Assembly (NCBI GenBank): GCA_963665665.1
Contig: OY762428.1
Coordinates: 608,001-672,000, forward strand
Reading direction: 5' to 3'
Length of the DNA stretch: 64,000 nt
Source of the DNA: Candidatus Kapaibacterium sp.
GTDB lineage: Bacteria; Bacteroidota; Ignavibacteria; Kapaibacteriales; UBA2268
The position numbers and the translations under genes are program-made. The notes beneath the pieces were generated by a model, which was not told the origin of the DNA, did not search any database, and saw only the letters and a list, made by a program, of their open reading frames with translations. This document shows, piece by piece, positions 60,804 through 64,000 of the stretch; the stretch's first letter is position 1, and each line of letters starts with the position of its first letter.

Positions 60804-62045
60804 ATGAAAATAGAACATCTTATTCTTGTTGAACCTACCAGGTGGCATGATTACTATCCGTTTTCTGTTATGCATCCGGTTTGGGAAATACGGGTTGGAA
60901 TTTTAAGGCTTTTTGAAAAATTCGAAAAAACTTTTAACCCGGCCAATACAATTTTCTATGGCAGGAAAGAACATCTTGATTCCTTTATTGCCCGTGAAAA
61001 TGTGAAGATGGAAAAAATTGTGGAAGGAAATATTTTACTTCTCAATTCTGTAATTGTAGCAAATAGTCATCTAAAAAAACAGATTTCCGAGGCAATCGAA
61101 AAGAATCCAGGTGAGACATTGGTATTTAAACGCGGGGACAGGAAAATCGGTTTATATTCTCCACAGCAGATGTTGCTCCCACTTGAATGGGAATTAATAC
61201 AACCCAACGGGCTGCCTTTTGACGGAAAGGAAATTGAAATTGAAGCGGACAAAATTGAATATCTGCACGATGCAATCTTTGCCAACGGAAAAAATATTTT
61301 ATCAGATCTTGAGCTTTTGGGCCTGGATAATATTGATGCAAACACAGAATATACAGGCGCTCACCTCCTTGGAAAAGATAATATCTTTATTGGCGATAAC
61401 TGCAATATTATGCCAGGTACGGTTATTGATGCCACAGAAGGACCTGTAATAATTGCTAATAATGTTAAGGTATTTCCCCAGGCAACAATTATTGGCCCCT
61501 GCTATATTGGTGATAACTGCCTGATTAAAATTGGTGCAAAAATATACGAAGATACAAGTATAGGTAAATTCTGCAAGGTTGGCGGAGAAGTTGAGAATAC
61601 GATTTTTCATTCATATTCGAACAAACAGCACGACGGATTCCTCGGACATTCCTATATCGGAGAATGGGTTAACCTCGGGGCTGACACCAATAATTCCGAT
61701 TTGAAAAATACCTATAGTAATATCAGCCTACTTATTGAAGATGAAGAAATTGATACTGGCGGGATGTTTATGGGGCTGCTTTGCGGCGATCATACAAAAT
61801 CAGCAATAAATACATCATTTACTACCGGGACAGTGGCCGGAATTAGCGGAGTACTTGTTTACGAAGGTTTTCATCCACGGTTTATCCCTTCATTTAGTTG
61901 GGGAGGAAAGAAAAACTCTCCAATTTTCAGGCCAGCAAAAGCTATCGACATTGCAAGGAAAGTAATGAAACGCAGAAATAAGGAGCTCCTTCCCGAAGAA
62001 GAAATACTGATGAAAATGGAATACGACAGGATAAAAAATAAATGA
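60804..62045 (+). CDS. GlmU-like putative sugar nucleotidyltransferase/acetyltransferase (hexapeptide repeats)
   Basis: EIRVGI, KVGGEVEN, NKQHDGFLGHSYIGEWVNLGADTNNSDLKN. Confidence 0.88.
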   Translation: MKIEHLILVEPTRWHDYYPFSVMHPVWEIRVGILRLFEKFEKTFNPANTIFYGRKEHLDSFIARENVKMEKIVEGNILLLNSVIVANSHLKKQISEAIEKNPGETLVFKRGDRKIGLYSPQQMLLPLEWELIQPNGLPFDGKEIEIEADKIEYLHDAIFANGKNILSDLELLGLDNIDANTEYTGAHLLGKDNIFIGDNCNIMPGTVIDATEGPVIIANNVKVFPQATIIGPCYIGDNCLIKIGAKIYEDTSIGKFCKVGGEVENTIFHSYSNKQHDGFLGHSYIGEWVNLGADTNNSDLKNTYSNISLLIEDEEIDTGGMFMGLLCGDHTKSAINTSFTTGTVAGISGVLVYEGFHPRFIPSFSWGGKKNSPIFRPAKAIDIARKVMKRRNKELLPEEEILMKMEYDRIKNK

Positions 62046-62635
62046 TGATTTTCAAAAATGGTTTAATTTCAATATTAATTTTATTATCAGTTTCGTGCGG
62101 CGAGGATAAACCGGAAAAATCTGAAATTTCCTTGCCACCGGCACCGGAAAATATCCAACGAGAAATAGCTGAACAGAGCAAAAGCCCGGTTCCTGAAAAT
62201 GTTAAGCCGATATTCCTTACAAAACAGCAGGAAACACAATACTTCGAACTGGCTAACTCACCTGCCGTCTCAGGGCTCAGGAAAAGACTTGACGAATACA
62301 TGGATAATCCCAAACCCTCTGAATGTATTGAAAAATCAGCAATAGATTCAACAATCAACAGCCAGAATGATGTATCAGGACTAAATGCTTTTAATAAAGA
62401 TTATTACAAAAGAAAATTCTTCGTAATTTCCCAGGATATAATTTCCGAGAACAAAGTGGCAATCACAATAGCTTTCCAGGGAAGAAGCGACAGAATATTT
62501 ACTGCTGTATTTTATCCCGGAAAAAACTGTGCAGTTCTCAGCAAATTTTCCGACAACGGTTTCGATAAAAATTCAATTAATAAATTTAACAAAATGTATG
62601 CGAAATACCTTGACGAACCGCGATATGGATTTTAG
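62042..62635 (+). CDS. Hypothetical lipoprotein
   Basis: Lipobox SVSC; overlaps neighbours in operon. Confidence 0.65.
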   Translation: MMIFKNGLISILILLSVSCGEDKPEKSEISLPPAPENIQREIAEQSKSPVPENVKPIFLTKQQETQYFELANSPAVSGLRKRLDEYMDNPKPSECIEKSAIDSTINSQNDVSGLNAFNKDYYKRKFFVISQDIISENKVAITIAFQGRSDRIFTAVFYPGKNCAVLSKFSDNGFDKNSINKFNKMYAKYLDEPRYGF

Positions 62636-63497
62636 TATCACCCAGAAAATATTTGCGCGATGGTATCTTAGGATAATTGCGTTTTTACTTGTTTCACTTA
62701 CAATGCTGATTGGCCTTAGTTTCCTTAGTTTTCCAGGCAATAATGAGTATTTGTATTTATTCTCATCAATTTTCATTTCCTCGGCCATAATCGAAGCGAT
62801 GCGTCCAGGAGGTTTCTGGTATTCCTTCGGGTTTGGTATCGACCGCTTTACAGTCCGAAACTCCCTGACGGGATTAATATCCGGGCTGATTTGCGTATTT
62901 ATTGCAGGAATTTTTGCAGTTTCATTCGGTGGCGATTTCAGTTTCTATTCATTGCCTGATACTTATGATTTTATAAATTTTTCATTTGTAATACTTTTAG
63001 CTGCTGCCACCGAGGAAATTATTTTCAGGGGTATCGTCTTTCAGGCATTAATTGAGCGTTTCAATCCAATTGTAATAATTATTTTATCCAGTTTAGTTTT
63101 TTCAGCAGGACATGCACTGAACAATAATTTTTCAGATATGGCAATGATAAACATATTTCTGGCTAATATTACCCTTTCGTTTATGTATATCAGAACCGGG
63201 ACTTTATGGCTGCCCATAGCTTTCCATTTTTCCTGGAATTATTTCCAATACCTATTACTTGGGTCACCTGTCAGCGGAATAAGCTTCAGTGTGAATTTAT
63301 TCTATATGGATATTCAAAAAATGTCAGAATTATCAAAATTTATTTACGGTGAATATTTCGGTATTGAAGAAGGGCTTCTGACAACAATTTTTATGATAGT
63401 TATTATACCTGTTATAAATAAAATATCACAACTCTCGCCCTATGCAGAAAGCAACAGATTCAAAAAGAATTATTATGAATCAAATGTAATGGGTTAA
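62625..63497 (+). CDS. CPBP/Abi (CAAX) intramembrane metalloprotease
   Basis: EEIIFRG, FSAGH, HFSWN motifs. Confidence 0.88.
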   Translation: MDFSITQKIFARWYLRIIAFLLVSLTMLIGLSFLSFPGNNEYLYLFSSIFISSAIIEAMRPGGFWYSFGFGIDRFTVRNSLTGLISGLICVFIAGIFAVSFGGDFSFYSLPDTYDFINFSFVILLAAATEEIIFRGIVFQALIERFNPIVIIILSSLVFSAGHALNNNFSDMAMINIFLANITLSFMYIRTGTLWLPIAFHFSWNYFQYLLLGSPVSGISFSVNLFYMDIQKMSELSKFIYGEYFGIEEGLLTTIFMIVIIPVINKISQLSPYAESNRFKKNYYESNVMG

Positions 63498-63677
63498 AAT
63501 AAAATTAAATATTGAGATAATTCTATAAGTCAAACCCGTTTTGATTAATCAACAAATATGATGAATTTCAACGTTTATTTTCTATAGATTTTTACTTAAA
63601 AACAAAATGATCAGTCCCACTGTTTGTATGAAATCTTAAAAAAATTTCCAGAATATTTCTGATATAATAAATAGCAA

Positions 63678-63998
63678 TTATTCAACAATTAGCTTTTCAT
63701 AATAAATGCAGGTATCAGTTTTAAGAACAATGATATATAGTCCCGGCTGCAAATCTTCAACATCCAATTCAATTTTGCCTTTGCTTGAAACTTTACTGGA
63801 TAAAATGAGCTTTCCCTGAGCTGAAAAGATGTCAATTATTCCCGGATTGCTAATATCAGCACTTAGTTTTATCTCAACTTTACTGCTGGCAGGATTTGGA
63901 TAGATGTATATCCCTGGCATTTTGAATGTGGTAATATTCCTGAGATTACCGATACAAATTTCCTCAACTTCGATTACTGCGTCGGCTGTTGTTGCAGA
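63678..63998 (-). CDS. 3' end of another T9SS paralog (gene starts beyond the window)
   Basis: Open to the window edge: EVEEICIGNLRNITTFKMPG..YPNPA..YYEKLIVE, homologous to the array C-termini. Confidence 0.8.
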   Translation of the reverse strand, partial: SATTADAVIEVEEICIGNLRNITTFKMPGIYIYPNPASSKVEIKLSADISNPGIIDIFSAQGKLILSSKVSSKGKIELDVEDLQPGLYIIVLKTDTCIYYEKLIVE

Positions 63999-64000
63999 CA

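Overview
AT-rich bacterial chromosome segment from the FCB group. Many T9SS C-terminal-domain proteins, GGAG Shine-Dalgarno sites and sigma70-like promoters suggest a Kapabacteria/Ignavibacteria-like lineage (inference). Housekeeping genes at both ends include queG (partial), two FKBP PPIases, degP, a short RecQ, ansA, a glycosylasparaginase plus MFS sugar transporter, a GlmU-like protein and a CPBP protease. Accessory features: (1) three tandem ~220-bp units at 10.35-10.97 kb, each with a minus-strand promoter, a structured ~150-nt non-coding RNA with an exposed anti-SD tract, and an intrinsic terminator; (2) a tyrosine integrase followed by two diverged orphan Rhs toxin/immunity cassettes and a DUF559 pseudogene enclosed in inverted palindromes; (3) four tandem T9SS surface-protein paralogs with a near-constant ~860-aa stalk and exchanged N-terminal heads; (4) two copies of a ~1.1-kb element built from two oppositely oriented 21-bp repeat arrays; (5) nested REP-like palindromes in most accessory intergenic regions. 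No tRNA, rRNA, CRISPR array or reverse transcriptase was recognised. All calls are by-eye motif recognition; no searches were run.
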